Source: an uncultured Solirubrobacterales bacterium (GTDB lineage Bacteria; Actinomycetota; Thermoleophilia; Solirubrobacterales; JBBDJG01). From it: 64,000 nucleotides of DNA. Every line of letters starts with the position of its first letter. The first letter of the stretch is position 1. The stretch spans positions 152,462 to 216,461 of the forward strand of contig OY970293.1 in the NCBI GenBank assembly GCA_963716195.1, read 5' to 3'. Under the pieces are notes generated by a model, which saw only the letters and a program-made list of their open reading frames with translations, had not been told where the DNA came from and searched no databases. This document shows positions 35,968 to 45,731 of this stretch, piece by piece. Position numbers and translations under genes: made by a program.

Positions 35968-36246
35968 TTGACGAAGCAGGAGCTCATCGACCGGGTCGCG
36001 ACCAAGACCGGCCTGTCGAAGAAGGACGCCGGAGAGGCCGTCGAGGCGGTGTTCGGCGAGATCACCGACACGCTCAGCTCCGGTGGCGAGATAGCGCTCA
36101 CGGGCTTCGGCAAGTTCCACGTCGCCGAGCGCGGTCCGCGCCAGGGAGTCAACCCGCAGACCAGGGAACGGATCACGATCCCGGGCGGCAAGGTGCCACG
36201 CTTCACGGCCGGCTCGCAGCTCAAGCAGGCCGTCAAGGGCGGCTAG
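35968..36246 (+). CDS. hup: Nucleoid-associated DNA-binding protein HU
   Basis: 92-aa ORF: MTKQELIDRVATKTGLSKKDAGEAVEAVFGEI...GFGKF.V.ER..R.GVNPQT.E.I.IP....P.F..G..LK. Confidence 0.9.
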   Translation: MTKQELIDRVATKTGLSKKDAGEAVEAVFGEITDTLSSGGEIALTGFGKFHVAERGPRQGVNPQTRERITIPGGKVPRFTAGSQLKQAVKGG

Positions 36247-36328
36247 CCAGAATCTTCCTGGACATCGGTTCGCCGTCGCACGGCACAGCTCGAGCCGCGC
36301 GCGGCGCCGCACGGTCCGGCGTACGGCT

Positions 36329-37219
36329 GTGAGCTTCTCCGAGCGCCTCGCCGCGACCGTCGCCGAGCGCAGCAGCCAGGTCGTGCTCGGGCTCGATCCT
36401 GATCCGGCGCGTCTGCTCCCGCAGGCACTGCAGGAAGCGCAAGGCGGTACGCCGGCCGAGCGCGCTGCCCGTGCGGTCACCGCTCATTGCCGCGCGCTGA
36501 TCGATGCTGCCGGACCGGCGTGCGTTGCCGTCAAGCTTCAGCTGGCCTGCTTCGAGCGCCTGAGAGCGCCAGGGTGGAGCGCACTGGCCGAAACGACGTC
36601 CGCGGCGCAAGCGGCCGGATTGCTGGTGATCGCCGACGGCAAGCGCGGCGACGTCCCGCACACGATGGAGGTGTACGCGAAAGCACTGCTTGGGGAGACG
36701 CGGACGCCGTGGGGGACCGTGCCAGGACTCGGTGCCGACGCCGTCACCGCCAACCCGATGCTGGGACGCGATGCGTTGGAGCCGCTGATGGACGCTGCCC
36801 GCGCCGCGAACGCCGGCATATTCGTGCTCGTGCGCACGTCCAATCCCGGCGCCGGCGAGCTCCAGGACGCCGACTCAGGCGGAGCCCCATGGCACGAGCG
36901 CCTGGCGCGCATGGTGGGCGAGCTCGACGACGGGCAGGGAGAGCTCGCCGACATCGGCGCCGTGGTCGGCGCCACCGAGCCCGCGCTCGTTGACCGCTTG
37001 CGCGCCCTGATGCCACGCGCGCCCTTCCTGCTCCCCGGCGTCGGCGCGCAAGGAGGACGCGTGGACGAGCTCCGCGCCGCCTTCGCGCCCGGACGAGCGG
37101 CGGGGCTGGTGACGGCGTCGCGCAGCATCGTCGCGCCCGCGCTCGAGACCGGCGATGTCCGTGCTGCGCGCGAGGCGGCGGAGAGGCTACGCGAAGAGGC
37201 ATGGGCGCTTAGCGGGTAG
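36329..37219 (+). CDS. pyrF: Orotidine 5'-phosphate decarboxylase (type 2)
   Basis: 296-aa ORF: VVLGLDPDP..., VKLQLACFE, IADGKRGDV (catalytic Lys). Long actinobacterial-type PyrF. Confidence 0.85.
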   Translation: MSFSERLAATVAERSSQVVLGLDPDPARLLPQALQEAQGGTPAERAARAVTAHCRALIDAAGPACVAVKLQLACFERLRAPGWSALAETTSAAQAAGLLVIADGKRGDVPHTMEVYAKALLGETRTPWGTVPGLGADAVTANPMLGRDALEPLMDAARAANAGIFVLVRTSNPGAGELQDADSGGAPWHERLARMVGELDDGQGELADIGAVVGATEPALVDRLRALMPRAPFLLPGVGAQGGRVDELRAAFAPGRAAGLVTASRSIVAPALETGDVRAAREAAERLREEAWALSG

Positions 37220-37257
37220 CGCCGTCCTCAGCGGCGAAACCGCATGGAAGGACGAAC

Positions 37258-37465
37258 TGCTGCATCGAAGGAGGGAGACTTTGGTGTGAGTTTCAGGACG
37301 GTTGACGCCGGATCCGCGATAGGGGCCGCCGAAGGGTGCGGGATTTCCCTCCCATAGGGTGGCTAACTGCGTAAGCGACCGGAGCCCTATCGCAGCAATG
37401 CATCGTTCGACGCGACGGGCTCCCAAAAGGCCGACCTCCGGGCACCATCCCTTAGGTGCCTCGTC
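37258..37465 (+). repeat. Copy C1 of the inverted-arm element family (short form, about 208 nt)
   Basis: 5' CTGCATCGAAGGAGGGAGAC ... 3' GGCACCATCCCTTAGGTGCCTCGTC. Internal block TGCATCGTTCGACGCGACGGGCTCCCAAAA is shared with C2. Lacks the central hairpin of the long form. Confidence 0.6.
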
Positions 37466-37497
37466 AATAGCGCGAAGCCACGCCTAGGGACTAACAG

Positions 37498-37703
37498 CTG
37501 CATCGAAAGAGGGAGCCTTCTGCGTCAGTCTCGGGACGACCGAAGTGGAGCGCATGACGGCCCCCGAAGTGCATGCAAGATTTGGCCCCTCTAGGCGGCA
37601 TAAAAGCGACAGCAACCGGCGGGCTATTACGAGAGTGCATCGTTTAACGCGACGGGCTCGCAAAAATCAAACGCCCGCACACCACCCCTTTCGATGCCCC
37701 GTC
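37498..37703 (+). repeat. Copy C2 of the inverted-arm element family (short form, 206 nt), tandem to C1
   Basis: 5' CTGCATCGAAAGAGGGAGCC ... 3' CACACCACCCCTTTCGATGCCCCGTC. Block TGCATCGTTTAACGCGACGGGCTCGCAAAA. Lies 68 nt from the LysM-gene ATG. Confidence 0.65.
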
Positions 37704-37771
37704 AAAAGAACGAAACCGGATCGCGGCATTCGCGCGCCACGGACCCGCCCGTACCGCCGGACACGACCACT

Positions 37772-38137
37772 ATGATCGCCGGGGGCATGGGCCTCGAAAG
37801 CCGCATCCCTCTACGCATGCTGGCGCCCGCGTCGCTCGTCCTGTTCGCGGTGGTGCTGTTGATCGTGGTCGTCGCCTCGCTGGGCGGCGGTGAGTCCGGT
37901 TCCAGCTCGGGCGGCACGAGCAGCTCGCCGTCCCGCTCCGGCCAGGCGCGCAGCGAGCGGCCCCAGAACGATCGCGCACGCTTCGCGAGCAGGCGCTCTT
38001 ATGTAGTGCGGTCTGGAGACACACTTGCGCAGATCGCTGAGCGTACGGGCGTGCCGGTGGACCGCCTGGTATCGCTCAATCCCTCGGTCGACCCGCAGGG
38101 GCTCGTCAGCGGTCAGCGGATCAAGTTGCGCGAGTGA
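37772..38137 (+). CDS. LysM-domain membrane-anchored protein
   Basis: ATG 37772 (the track ORF starts at 37694 inside the repeat). N-terminal TM helix LAPASLVLFAVVLLIVVV, Ser/Gly linker, C-terminal LysM YVVRSGDTLAQIAERTGVPVDRLVSLNPSVDPQGLVSGQRIKL. Confidence 0.8.
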   Translation: MIAGGMGLESRIPLRMLAPASLVLFAVVLLIVVVASLGGGESGSSSGGTSSSPSRSGQARSERPQNDRARFASRRSYVVRSGDTLAQIAERTGVPVDRLVSLNPSVDPQGLVSGQRIKLRE

Positions 38138-39333
38138 AGAACGCGCTCGCGCTTGCGCTTGCCCTCTCCATCGGGGTGGGCGCGGTGGCCGCCGCCGAGG
38201 CGCGGGGCGCCGATGCGCCCGCACCGACAGCGCGCGCCGCGATCCTCGTCGACGCCCGCGACGGCCACGTGCTCTATCGACGGGCGCCGCGCGCGCGGCG
38301 CCCGATCGCTTCGGCGACGAAGCTGATGACAGCGCTGCTCGCGATCGAGAAGCTGCCGCTCGCAAAACGGCTCACGGCGCCCAAATACGACGCAGGACCG
38401 CTCGAGTCTCAGATCCATCTGCGCCCGGGCGAGCGGATGTCGGTGGCCGACTTGATGCGCGCTCTGCTGCTCGAGAGCGCGAACGACGCCGCGGTGACGC
38501 TTGCGCGCGGTGTCGCCGGCTCCGTTCCGGCTTTCGTACAGCGCATGAACGCCCGGGCTCGCGCGCTCGGACTGCGCGACACGCATTTCTCGAATCCGAT
38601 CGGACTCGACCAGCCCGGCAACTACTCGAGCGCCTACGACCTTTCACTGCTCGCGCGGCGCCTGCTCGGAAACGACACCTTCGCGACGATCGTCGACCAG
38701 CCGAGCGCGCGCCTCACGACGGGTGCCCGCCCTCGCATCGTCGACAACCGCAACGACCTCGTAGCGCGCTTCCCGTGGATCGACGGTGTGAAGACGGGTC
38801 ACACTCAGACAGCCGGGTACGTGCTGGTCGGAGCCGGGCAGCGACGGGGCGTCCGGCTCGTCAGCGTCGTCCTGGGGGAGCCTTCGGAGGCCGGACGTGA
38901 CTCGGACACCCTCGCGCTGATGAGCTACGGATTCGCGCGTTATCACCGTATCCGCCCGCTTAGGGCAAGCGTGCCGGTGGCGACCGCGGACGTGCGCTAC
39001 TACGGCGACCGCGACGTCGGCCTCACGGTTCCGCGCGATGTCGCGCTCGTCATCCGCCGGGGGGAACGCGTGCGCGTCTCGGTGAGTGCGCCGGGCGAGG
39101 TGGAGGGACCGCTGCGCGCGGGCGCCCGAGTCGGCAGCGCGCGCATCTTCAACGGCGGGCGCCTGGTGAGGATCGCGCCGCTCGTGACGGCGGGTGGCGT
39201 CCCTGAGGCTGGGCCCCTGCGCAAGGCATCGCCCTACCTGTCATGGGTCGCGATCGTGCTCGGCACGGCCCTGGCCCTCGCGATTGCCCTTCAATTGGGA
39301 CGAGGTTGGAGACCGGCCGCCAAGGGTGGGTAG
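38134..39333 (+). CDS. D-alanyl-D-alanine carboxypeptidase (serine peptidase S11, low-MW PBP)
   Basis: 399-aa ORF with a signal peptide, SATKLMT (SxxK), SANDAA (SxN), KTGHT (KTG) and a C-terminal TM anchor. Overlaps the upstream stop (GTGA). Confidence 0.85.
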   Translation: MKNALALALALSIGVGAVAAAEARGADAPAPTARAAILVDARDGHVLYRRAPRARRPIASATKLMTALLAIEKLPLAKRLTAPKYDAGPLESQIHLRPGERMSVADLMRALLLESANDAAVTLARGVAGSVPAFVQRMNARARALGLRDTHFSNPIGLDQPGNYSSAYDLSLLARRLLGNDTFATIVDQPSARLTTGARPRIVDNRNDLVARFPWIDGVKTGHTQTAGYVLVGAGQRRGVRLVSVVLGEPSEAGRDSDTLALMSYGFARYHRIRPLRASVPVATADVRYYGDRDVGLTVPRDVALVIRRGERVRVSVSAPGEVEGPLRAGARVGSARIFNGGRLVRIAPLVTAGGVPEAGPLRKASPYLSWVAIVLGTALALAIALQLGRGWRPAAKGG

Positions 39334-39413
39334 CGCAGCACCCCCGGCCGTGCTTACATAGTCACCACACAGGCAAGTCCAGCCCGCCGTCGCGCCACCA
39401 TTCGCAGCCTCCC

Positions 39414-40382
39414 ATGATCATCACGGTCACCCTCAACGCCGCGATCGACAAGACGCTGGCTGTTCCGAACTTCCGGATCGGGCGCCGCCATCGCTCCACT
39501 GAGCAGCGCACGATGGCCGGCGGCAAGGGCGTGAACGTCGCACGGGCGCTGAAGACGCTAGGCCAACCCGTGATCGCGACCGGCCTCGCCGGTGGCATCA
39601 CCGGCACACGCATCACCGAGCAACTCACCGAGGAGGCGATCCTCAGCGACTTCGTGCGCATCGGTGAAGAGTCCCGCACCTCGACGGCGGTGATCGACCC
39701 GACCTCCGGCGAGCAGACCGAGATCAACGAACGGGGGCCGGAGGCGACCGAGGCGGAGCTCGCGCTCTTCCGCGACAAGCTGCTCTACCTCGCCAAGGGC
39801 GCGGATATCTGCGTGTTCGCCGGCAGCCTACCGCGCGGCATCGACGCGGGCATCTACGCGCAGCTCATCTCGGAGCTCGCCGCCACCGGCGTCACGACCG
39901 TCGCCGACTCCGAGGGCGAGCCGATGCAGCTCGCGCTGCGCGGAGGACCAGACCTCGTCTCCCCGAACGCCGCGGAGGCGGAGGCGCTCGTCGGCCACGA
40001 GTTTCGCGACGAGCCGGACCACCTCAATGCGCTCGACGAGCTCTGCGAGCTGGGCGCGCGCGAGGGGATCATCACCCACTCCGAGGGTTGCTACGCACTC
40101 GTCGGGCGCAACCACGAGCGCGCTCGTTACTCGGTGCGCGCCGAGCCACTCGAGGCGGTATCGGGCATCGGCGCCGGCGATGTCTTCCTCGCCGGCTACC
40201 TCGCCGCCACCTACAGCGGCCGCAGCCGCGAGGAGGCGCTGCGCTTCGCCGTCGCCTGCGGCGCCGAGTCGACGCAGCACTTCGGCGCCGGCGTGCTCGA
40301 TCCGCGCGCAGTCGAGCGGATCGAGGCCGACGTCGAGGTCACGCGGGTCGCTGAGCGCGCCGCGGTCGACGCGAGCGCCTGA
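39414..40382 (+). CDS. PfkB-family sugar kinase (1-phosphofructokinase / tagatose-6-P kinase type)
   Basis: MIITVTLNAAIDKTLAV...AGGKGVNVARAL...GAGDVFLAGYL. ATG 39414; the track extension back to 39243 overlaps the PBP gene. Confidence 0.85.
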   Translation: MIITVTLNAAIDKTLAVPNFRIGRRHRSTEQRTMAGGKGVNVARALKTLGQPVIATGLAGGITGTRITEQLTEEAILSDFVRIGEESRTSTAVIDPTSGEQTEINERGPEATEAELALFRDKLLYLAKGADICVFAGSLPRGIDAGIYAQLISELAATGVTTVADSEGEPMQLALRGGPDLVSPNAAEAEALVGHEFRDEPDHLNALDELCELGAREGIITHSEGCYALVGRNHERARYSVRAEPLEAVSGIGAGDVFLAGYLAATYSGRSREEALRFAVACGAESTQHFGAGVLDPRAVERIEADVEVTRVAERAAVDASA

Positions 40383-40394
40383 CGGGCAGCATCC

Positions 40395-40667
40395 TCAGGA
40401 CGGCTGCGTTCCGTCCGCTAGCTTCGCGGCGATGTGGGTGCGCGACGAGACGCCCAACTTGGCCAGGATGTGAGACATGTGGGTCTCCACCGTCTTCTCG
40501 CTGAGGAAAAGCGCCGATGCGACCTCGCGGTTGGTCCTGCCCTCGGCGACGAGCTTGGCGACCTCGAGCTCGCGTCGACTCAGCCTGGCGCCGTCGCTTG
40601 CTGCGCCGGCCCGACCTGTCCGCGCGCTCGGCTCACCCATCCCTGGCTCTCGTTCCGTCCCCGACAC
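40395..40667 (-). CDS. LuxR-type HTH transcriptional regulator (stand-alone DNA-binding domain)
   Basis: 90-aa ORF: [48 protein letters not shown]. Confidence 0.7.
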   Translation of the reverse strand: MSGTEREPGMGEPSARTGRAGAASDGARLSRRELEVAKLVAEGRTNREVASALFLSEKTVETHMSHILAKLGVSSRTHIAAKLADGTQPS

Positions 40668-40876
40668 GCTGCTAACCGGGCGTCAGCCTAAGAGACGAGG
40701 CGGCCTGAAATCAACTCGCGCGTCCCGCCATCGTAAATTTGTGCGGCGCGAAGCTCGCAGTTTGCGTGCTCGGCGCAGGCGGGTTGCCGCAAACCCGTTG
40801 CTAACATCGGCCTCCAGTTGGCTCGCCGCCGGGAAACTGCAGTCTTGCCGTCACCTCCCATCCTTAGGATGAATTG

Positions 40877-42082
40877 ATGGAGCTCGAGATCGGCAAGGGC
40901 AAGAAGGCCCGCAGGGCGTACGGGTTCGATGACATAGCGATCGTGCCTTCGCGGCGCACGCGCGACCCGGACGACGTCGACATCAGCTGGACGCTCGGTC
41001 CCTATCGCTTCGAGCTGCCGCTTCTGGCCTCGGCGATGGACGGCGTCGTATCGCCGAAGACCGCGGCCATCATGGGGCGCCTCGGCGGGCTTGCCGTCCT
41101 CAACCTGGAGGGCATCTGGACCCGCTACGAGGACGCCGACGCCAAGCTCGCCGAGATCGCGAAGCTCCCGCAGGCCAAGGCGACGCGCGGCATGCAGGAG
41201 ATCTACAAGGAGCCCGTCAAGCCGGAGCTGGTCGCCCAGCGGATCGAGGAGATCAAGAGCGATGGCGTGGTGGCGGCCGGCTCGATGACTCCCCAGCGCG
41301 TCCGCGACAACTACGAGGTCGCGCTCGAGGCCGGCCTCGACGTCATGGTCATCCAGGGCACTGTGATCTCGGCCGAGCACGTCTCGTCTTCGGTAGAGCC
41401 GCTCAACCTGAAAGAGTTCATCGCCGAGATGCCGGTTCCGTGCATAGTGGGCGGCTGCGCCAGCTATTCGACCGGCCTGCACCTCATGCGCACGGGCGCT
41501 GTGGGCGTGCTTGTCGGCGTCGGCCCCGGCGCAGCCTGCACGACGCGCGGCGTGATCGGGATCGGCGTGCCGCAGGCAACCGCGATCTCCGACGTTCAGG
41601 CCGCGCGTTCCCAGCACATGCTCGAGACCGGCCAGTACTGCAACGTGATCGCCGACGGCGGCATGCGCACCGGCGGCGACATCGCGAAGGCGTTCGCTTG
41701 CGGCGCAGACGCCGTGATGATCGGCTCACCGCTGGCGCGAGCGCACGAGGCGCCGGGCCGCGGCTACCACTGGGGGATGGCGACCTTCCACCCGTCGCTG
41801 CCGCGCGGGACTCGCGTCGCCACCGTGCAGAACGGCTCGCTCGAGGAGATCGTCGTCGGTCCTGCGTTGGAGAACGACGGCACCTTCAACCTGATGGGAG
41901 CCCTGCGCACCTCGATGGCGACCTGCGGCTACGAGGACATCCCTTCCTTCCACCGTGCCGAGGTGATGATCGCGCCCGCGCTCCAGAGCGAGGGCAAGCA
42001 GCTCCAGCGCGAGCAGAGCGTGGGCATGGGGTCGAACGGCAAAGCGGAGCTGGCGGCGGCGGTCAACGAGCTGGATGAGTAG
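40877..42082 (+). CDS. guaB3: GuaB3-type IMP dehydrogenase-related protein
   Basis: [34 protein letters not shown]... and a TIM-barrel IMPDH fold without CBS domains, as in actinobacterial GuaB3. ATG 40877 follows the track TTG at 40874. Confidence 0.85.
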   Translation: MELEIGKGKKARRAYGFDDIAIVPSRRTRDPDDVDISWTLGPYRFELPLLASAMDGVVSPKTAAIMGRLGGLAVLNLEGIWTRYEDADAKLAEIAKLPQAKATRGMQEIYKEPVKPELVAQRIEEIKSDGVVAAGSMTPQRVRDNYEVALEAGLDVMVIQGTVISAEHVSSSVEPLNLKEFIAEMPVPCIVGGCASYSTGLHLMRTGAVGVLVGVGPGAACTTRGVIGIGVPQATAISDVQAARSQHMLETGQYCNVIADGGMRTGGDIAKAFACGADAVMIGSPLARAHEAPGRGYHWGMATFHPSLPRGTRVATVQNGSLEEIVVGPALENDGTFNLMGALRTSMATCGYEDIPSFHRAEVMIAPALQSEGKQLQREQSVGMGSNGKAELAAAVNELDE

Positions 42083-43667
42083 GACCGTCGCGACCTCGGC
42101 GGACGCGGGCATTGAACGCCCAGTGGCCACCGAGGAAGTGCTCGTTCTCGACTTCGGCGGCCAGTACTCGCAGCTGATTGCGCGCCGCATTCGTGAGTGC
42201 GGCGTCTTCTCCGAGCTGCTGCCACACGATGTTCCGCTCGAGCAGCTGCGGCGGCGCAACCCGCGCGGGCTCGTCCTCTCGGGCGGGCCGGCATCGGTGT
42301 ACGAGCCCGGCGCGCCAAGTCTTCGTACCGAGCTGCTGGAGCTCGGTCTGCCGGTGTTGGGCATCTGTTACGGCATGCAGGCGATGGCGCGCGAGCTCGG
42401 CGGCCGCGTCGAGGGCGCGGAGGTGGGGGAGTTCGGGCGCACGGACCTGCGGGTGGCGGATCCGGGGCGATTGCTCACCGGGCTGCCGGCCGAGCAGACG
42501 TGCTGGATGAGCCATCGCGACACGGTCTTCGCCCCGCCACAGGGATTCAGAGCGCTTGCCTCGTCGCCGGCGTCGCCGGTTGCGGCCTTCGAGTCGGACG
42601 AGCTCGGGCTGTACGGCATCCAGTTTCACCCGGAGGTCGTGCACACCCCACACGGCTCGGAGATCCTGCGCACGTTCCTGTACGAGATTTGCGGCTGCGA
42701 CGGGACCTGGACCCCGGCCTCGATCGTCGACGAGCACGTCGCCTCGATCAGGCAGCGGGTCGGCGACGCGCACGTCATATGTGGGCTGTCGGGCGGCGTC
42801 GATTCTTCGACTGCGGCGCTCATCGTGCACAGGGCCATCGGCGAGCAGCTCACGTGTGTATTCGTAGACCACGGGCTCATGCGCAAGAACGAGTCCGAGC
42901 AGGTCGTGGCCGCGTTCCGCGACCACTTTCACGTGCCGCTGGTGCACGTCGATGCGACAGACCGGTTCCTATCCAGACTGGCCGGGGTCGTCGATCCCGA
43001 GCAGAAGCGGCGCATCATCGGAGAGGAGTTCATCCGTGTCTTCGAGGAGGAGGCGGCCAAGCTCGAGAACGCCAGTTTCCTAGTGCAGGGCACTCTCTAT
43101 TCGGACGTGATCGAGTCCGGCGGCAGCGGCGGCAACGGCGCAGCCCGGATCAAGTCGCACCACAACGTCGGCGGCTTGCCAGAGAAGCTCGACTTCGAGC
43201 TGATCGAGCCGCTGCGCCAGCTGTTCAAGGACGAGGTGCGGGTGGTTGCGGCCGAGCTCGGCCTTCCCGATCGCCTCGTGTGGCGTCAACCGTTCCCCGG
43301 GCCCGGCCTCGCAATCCGGGTGATCGGAGGTGAGGTGACTCGCGAGCGGCTCGACATCCTGCGTGAAGCGGACGCGATTCTCCAGGACGAGATCCGCAAG
43401 GCCGGCCTGTACCGCGAGCTCTGGCAATCCTTCTGCGTACTACCCGCTGTCAGGTCGGTGGGAGTGCAGGGGGACGAACGCACCTACGCCTACCCCATCA
43501 TCATCCGCGCCGTCACGTCCGACGACGCGATGACGGCAGATTGGGCACGGCTTCCGTACGACCTGCTCGAGACGGTTTCGAGCCGCATCATCAACGAGAT
43601 CCCGCACGTGAACCGCGTGGCGCTGGACATCTCGTCGAAGCCGCCGAGCACGATCGAGTGGGAGTAA
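42075..43667 (+). CDS. guaA: GMP synthase (glutamine-hydrolysing)
   Basis: 530-aa ORF: [26 protein letters not shown] (catalytic Cys), SGGVDSS (PP-loop), C-terminal KPPSTIEWE. Confidence 0.95.
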   Translation: MSRTVATSADAGIERPVATEEVLVLDFGGQYSQLIARRIRECGVFSELLPHDVPLEQLRRRNPRGLVLSGGPASVYEPGAPSLRTELLELGLPVLGICYGMQAMARELGGRVEGAEVGEFGRTDLRVADPGRLLTGLPAEQTCWMSHRDTVFAPPQGFRALASSPASPVAAFESDELGLYGIQFHPEVVHTPHGSEILRTFLYEICGCDGTWTPASIVDEHVASIRQRVGDAHVICGLSGGVDSSTAALIVHRAIGEQLTCVFVDHGLMRKNESEQVVAAFRDHFHVPLVHVDATDRFLSRLAGVVDPEQKRRIIGEEFIRVFEEEAAKLENASFLVQGTLYSDVIESGGSGGNGAARIKSHHNVGGLPEKLDFELIEPLRQLFKDEVRVVAAELGLPDRLVWRQPFPGPGLAIRVIGGEVTRERLDILREADAILQDEIRKAGLYRELWQSFCVLPAVRSVGVQGDERTYAYPIIIRAVTSDDAMTADWARLPYDLLETVSSRIINEIPHVNRVALDISSKPPSTIEWE

Positions 43668-43796
43668 CGCCGCCGCGCTGACAGAGCGGGCGCCTAGTGG
43701 TCCTTCTCGGAACGTTCGCCAGGAAACGGCGAGGTTCCGGGGCCGACAGGCAAGGATCTCGCGCTACGCGCTCGCACGGCGCCTTACGGCGCCTAA

Positions 43797-43822
43797 GCCC
43801 CCGTACTGGTCAGTACGGGGGC
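43797..43822. terminator. Stem-loop between convergent guaA and GT92 genes (possible bidirectional terminator)
   Basis: GCCCCCGTACT-GGTC-AGTACGGGGGC, an 11-bp perfect stem. There is no clear T-tract on either side. Confidence 0.4.
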
Positions 43823-43888
43823 GACTGAGGACGCCGCATGTCGGTTCCGGAAGCCGTCGTTTCCGGTGAAACGCTTCGGGAAGGGCCA

Positions 43889-44680
43889 CTAGCGTCGCGC
43901 GAGTGCCTCGCGCAGCGCCGGCAGGTAGGTGAGGATCGCCTCGTCGGGGCGGCTGTTCTCTTGATCGCGAATACGCATCCGCCTTCTGGTTCGCCCCGGT
44001 GGGTAGGGCTCGCCCGTGTCGGGTCGGAGGCGGGCGAACTTGGCCTCCAGCTCTTCCTCGGACTTCGTCCAGTAGTGATTGATGCGCAGCCGCTCGGCGG
44101 TGAAGCTCTGCGCCTTTGCGGGCAGCGAGACGGGCCGGTGGAGCTCGTCGACGGTGTCGCCGTCGGTTCTGAACAGGTGCGGATTGATGGGGCGCTCGGC
44201 CCTTTCGGGGTTGACGATGCTCTTCACGAAGTGGGCCTGGACATGCGCGGTGAGGACGCGCCGGTAGCTCTCCACGACAAGACCGGGTGGCTTCGTGACG
44301 TGCCCCGACGTCCCGAAGAAGAGCCGGCAGGCCCCGACGGCGGGCCACTGCTCGTACTCGGTGAGGAGCTCGGGAAGCGGCTGCCCCAGGGGAGAGAACA
44401 GGAACTCGTCGGTATCGATGAAGGCGATCCAGCGCGCGTCTTTCCGGTGCTGCTGGAGACAGTCGCCATAGGCCGGTATCTGCGGAGCCGCTCCGGGCCA
44501 TTCGTGCAGCACGACGGTGCCCTCGGCGCAGTAGGGCGCGAGCAACTCACGCTGGACCTCACGGTCGCCGTTGTTGTAGAGGAAGAAGCGCTTGGCCCCC
44601 ACGAGGCGATGGAACTCGATCCATTCGGCCAGGTAGGGAGCGTCGTAACCGAGGCAGGCGCAGACAGCAAGGTCGACCAT
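43889..44680 (-). CDS. Glycosyltransferase family 92-like protein (paralogue 2)
   Basis: MVDLAVCACLGYDAPYLAEWIEFHRLVGAKRFFLYNNGDRE...IAFIDTDEFLFSP...LRINHYWTKSEEE. Colinear with 13161-13988. Confidence 0.65.
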   Translation of the reverse strand: MVDLAVCACLGYDAPYLAEWIEFHRLVGAKRFFLYNNGDREVQRELLAPYCAEGTVVLHEWPGAAPQIPAYGDCLQQHRKDARWIAFIDTDEFLFSPLGQPLPELLTEYEQWPAVGACRLFFGTSGHVTKPPGLVVESYRRVLTAHVQAHFVKSIVNPERAERPINPHLFRTDGDTVDELHRPVSLPAKAQSFTAERLRINHYWTKSEEELEAKFARLRPDTGEPYPPGRTRRRMRIRDQENSRPDEAILTYLPALREALARR

Positions 44681-44822
44681 CGCTCTGAATGTACTTGGCC
44701 GGCTTCGCGAGGCGCATACCTGTAACTGGCCGCAAATAGCGGGGTAACTTGTGTTGTCTGTTACGAAACACCCTCATCGCCCGGGCCCACGTGGCTCGGG
44801 CGGCGAAAGAGAGGTTTTCTCG

Positions 44823-45056
44823 ATGGAGATGATCAAGCGCTTCGAGCCCCTGGCGCTCCTGCTCGTCGTCCTCGTCGCCCTCAACTGGGCGGTCGATGCG
44901 ATCTTCGACTGGAACGCGATCACCGAAGTCTTCGGCAGCGGCACGGCAGCGGACGTGGTCTACGTCGTGGTCGGCGTAGCGGCGCTGACGTTCGTCCCGA
45001 GGTTGCTGGACGAGCTGCACATCACGCATCACGACGCCCATCCGCGCGGAGCGTAA
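44823..45056 (+). CDS. DUF378-like small membrane protein
   Basis: ATG 44823 inside the track ORF: MEMIKRFEPLALLLVVLVALNWAVDAIFDWNAI...VVYVVVGVAAL, a two-TM pattern typical of DUF378. Confidence 0.65.
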   Translation: MEMIKRFEPLALLLVVLVALNWAVDAIFDWNAITEVFGSGTAADVVYVVVGVAALTFVPRLLDELHITHHDAHPRGA

Positions 45057-45107
45057 GCGAGCCACGAGGCCAGGAGATCCCCGGCCGCAGAAAGCGGCGG
45101 GGCGGAT

Positions 45108-45135
45108 CGATGGGGCGGCGCGAGCCGCCCCATCG
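45108..45135 (+). terminator. Intrinsic terminator candidate after the DUF378 gene
   Basis: CGATGGGGCGGC-GCGA-GCCGCCCCATCG, a 12-bp perfect stem followed by CCTTACGCTCTTTGTT. Confidence 0.55.
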
Positions 45136-45295
45136 CCTTACGCTCTTTGTTACAAGCTCTCCCTGCCCACGCTCGTCCAGGCGTTCCCGGGCAGCCGCCA
45201 GGCAGCGGCTATGATTCTCCGGCCATGGTCGCGGGGAGCCGCGACTGTCGGGGGGGTCCGCGGCGTTCTTGCTGCGGCCCGCGTTCTTTTCGGCC

Positions 45296-45730
45296 TTGAA
45301 GACCTATGTAGCGACACCTGAAAGACGCGAGCGCGACTGGCTGCTCGTGGATGCGAGCGGCCAGACGCTCGGCCGCCTCGCCACCCAGATCGCAGACTCG
45401 TTGCGCGGCAAGCGCAAGCCCGAGTACACGCCCCACATCGACACCGGCGATTTCGTCGTCGTCGTGAACGCGGAGAAGATTCGCGTCACTGGCAACAAGC
45501 TCGAGGACAAGCTGTACCGCCGGCATTCCGGCTACCCGGGCGGGCTGCGAACACGGACGCTCAGGGACATGCTCGAGCGCCGCCCCGAAGAGGTCATCCG
45601 CAAAGCCGTGAAGGGCATGCTCCCGCGCAACCGGCTCGCGCGTCAGCAGCTCAGCAAGCTGAAGGTTTACGCAGGACCCGACCATCCGCACCAGGCCCAG
45701 CAGCCGAAGCCCTTCGAAACGGAGGCCTGA
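45296..45730 (+). CDS. rplM: 50S ribosomal protein L13
   Basis: [63 protein letters not shown] 45296 gives a canonical N-terminus. Confidence 0.9.
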   Translation: MKTYVATPERRERDWLLVDASGQTLGRLATQIADSLRGKRKPEYTPHIDTGDFVVVVNAEKIRVTGNKLEDKLYRRHSGYPGGLRTRTLRDMLERRPEEVIRKAVKGMLPRNRLARQQLSKLKVYAGPDHPHQAQQPKPFETEA

Positions 45731-45731
45731 T

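Noticed and set aside
37220-37771. A c-di-AMP (ydaO/yuaA) riboswitch, which is expected upstream of a LysM/cell-wall gene in Actinobacteria. GGCTAACTGCGTAAGCG at 37361-37377 resembles the conserved CAGCUAACCUCGUAAGCG segment.
   Set aside because: I could not find the other hallmark blocks (ACGGGG..CCA, GGGGUGAAUC, GUAGGG, the AAUC after P1). No complementary P1 5' strand exists. The resemblance is absent from the homologous position of C2, A and D. The region is better explained as two copies of the repeat family. A cmsearch with RF00379 would settle it.
40686-40866. A possible seventh, degenerate member of the inverted-arm family upstream of guaB3. GCCTAAGAGACGAGG ... CCGCAAAC ... GTCACCTCCCATCCTTAGGATG is reminiscent of the variant arms of C1.
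   Set aside because: The similarity is limited to a few short words, and the arm pairing needs several mismatches and bulges. It is too weak to call by eye and should be re-tested with a covariance model.
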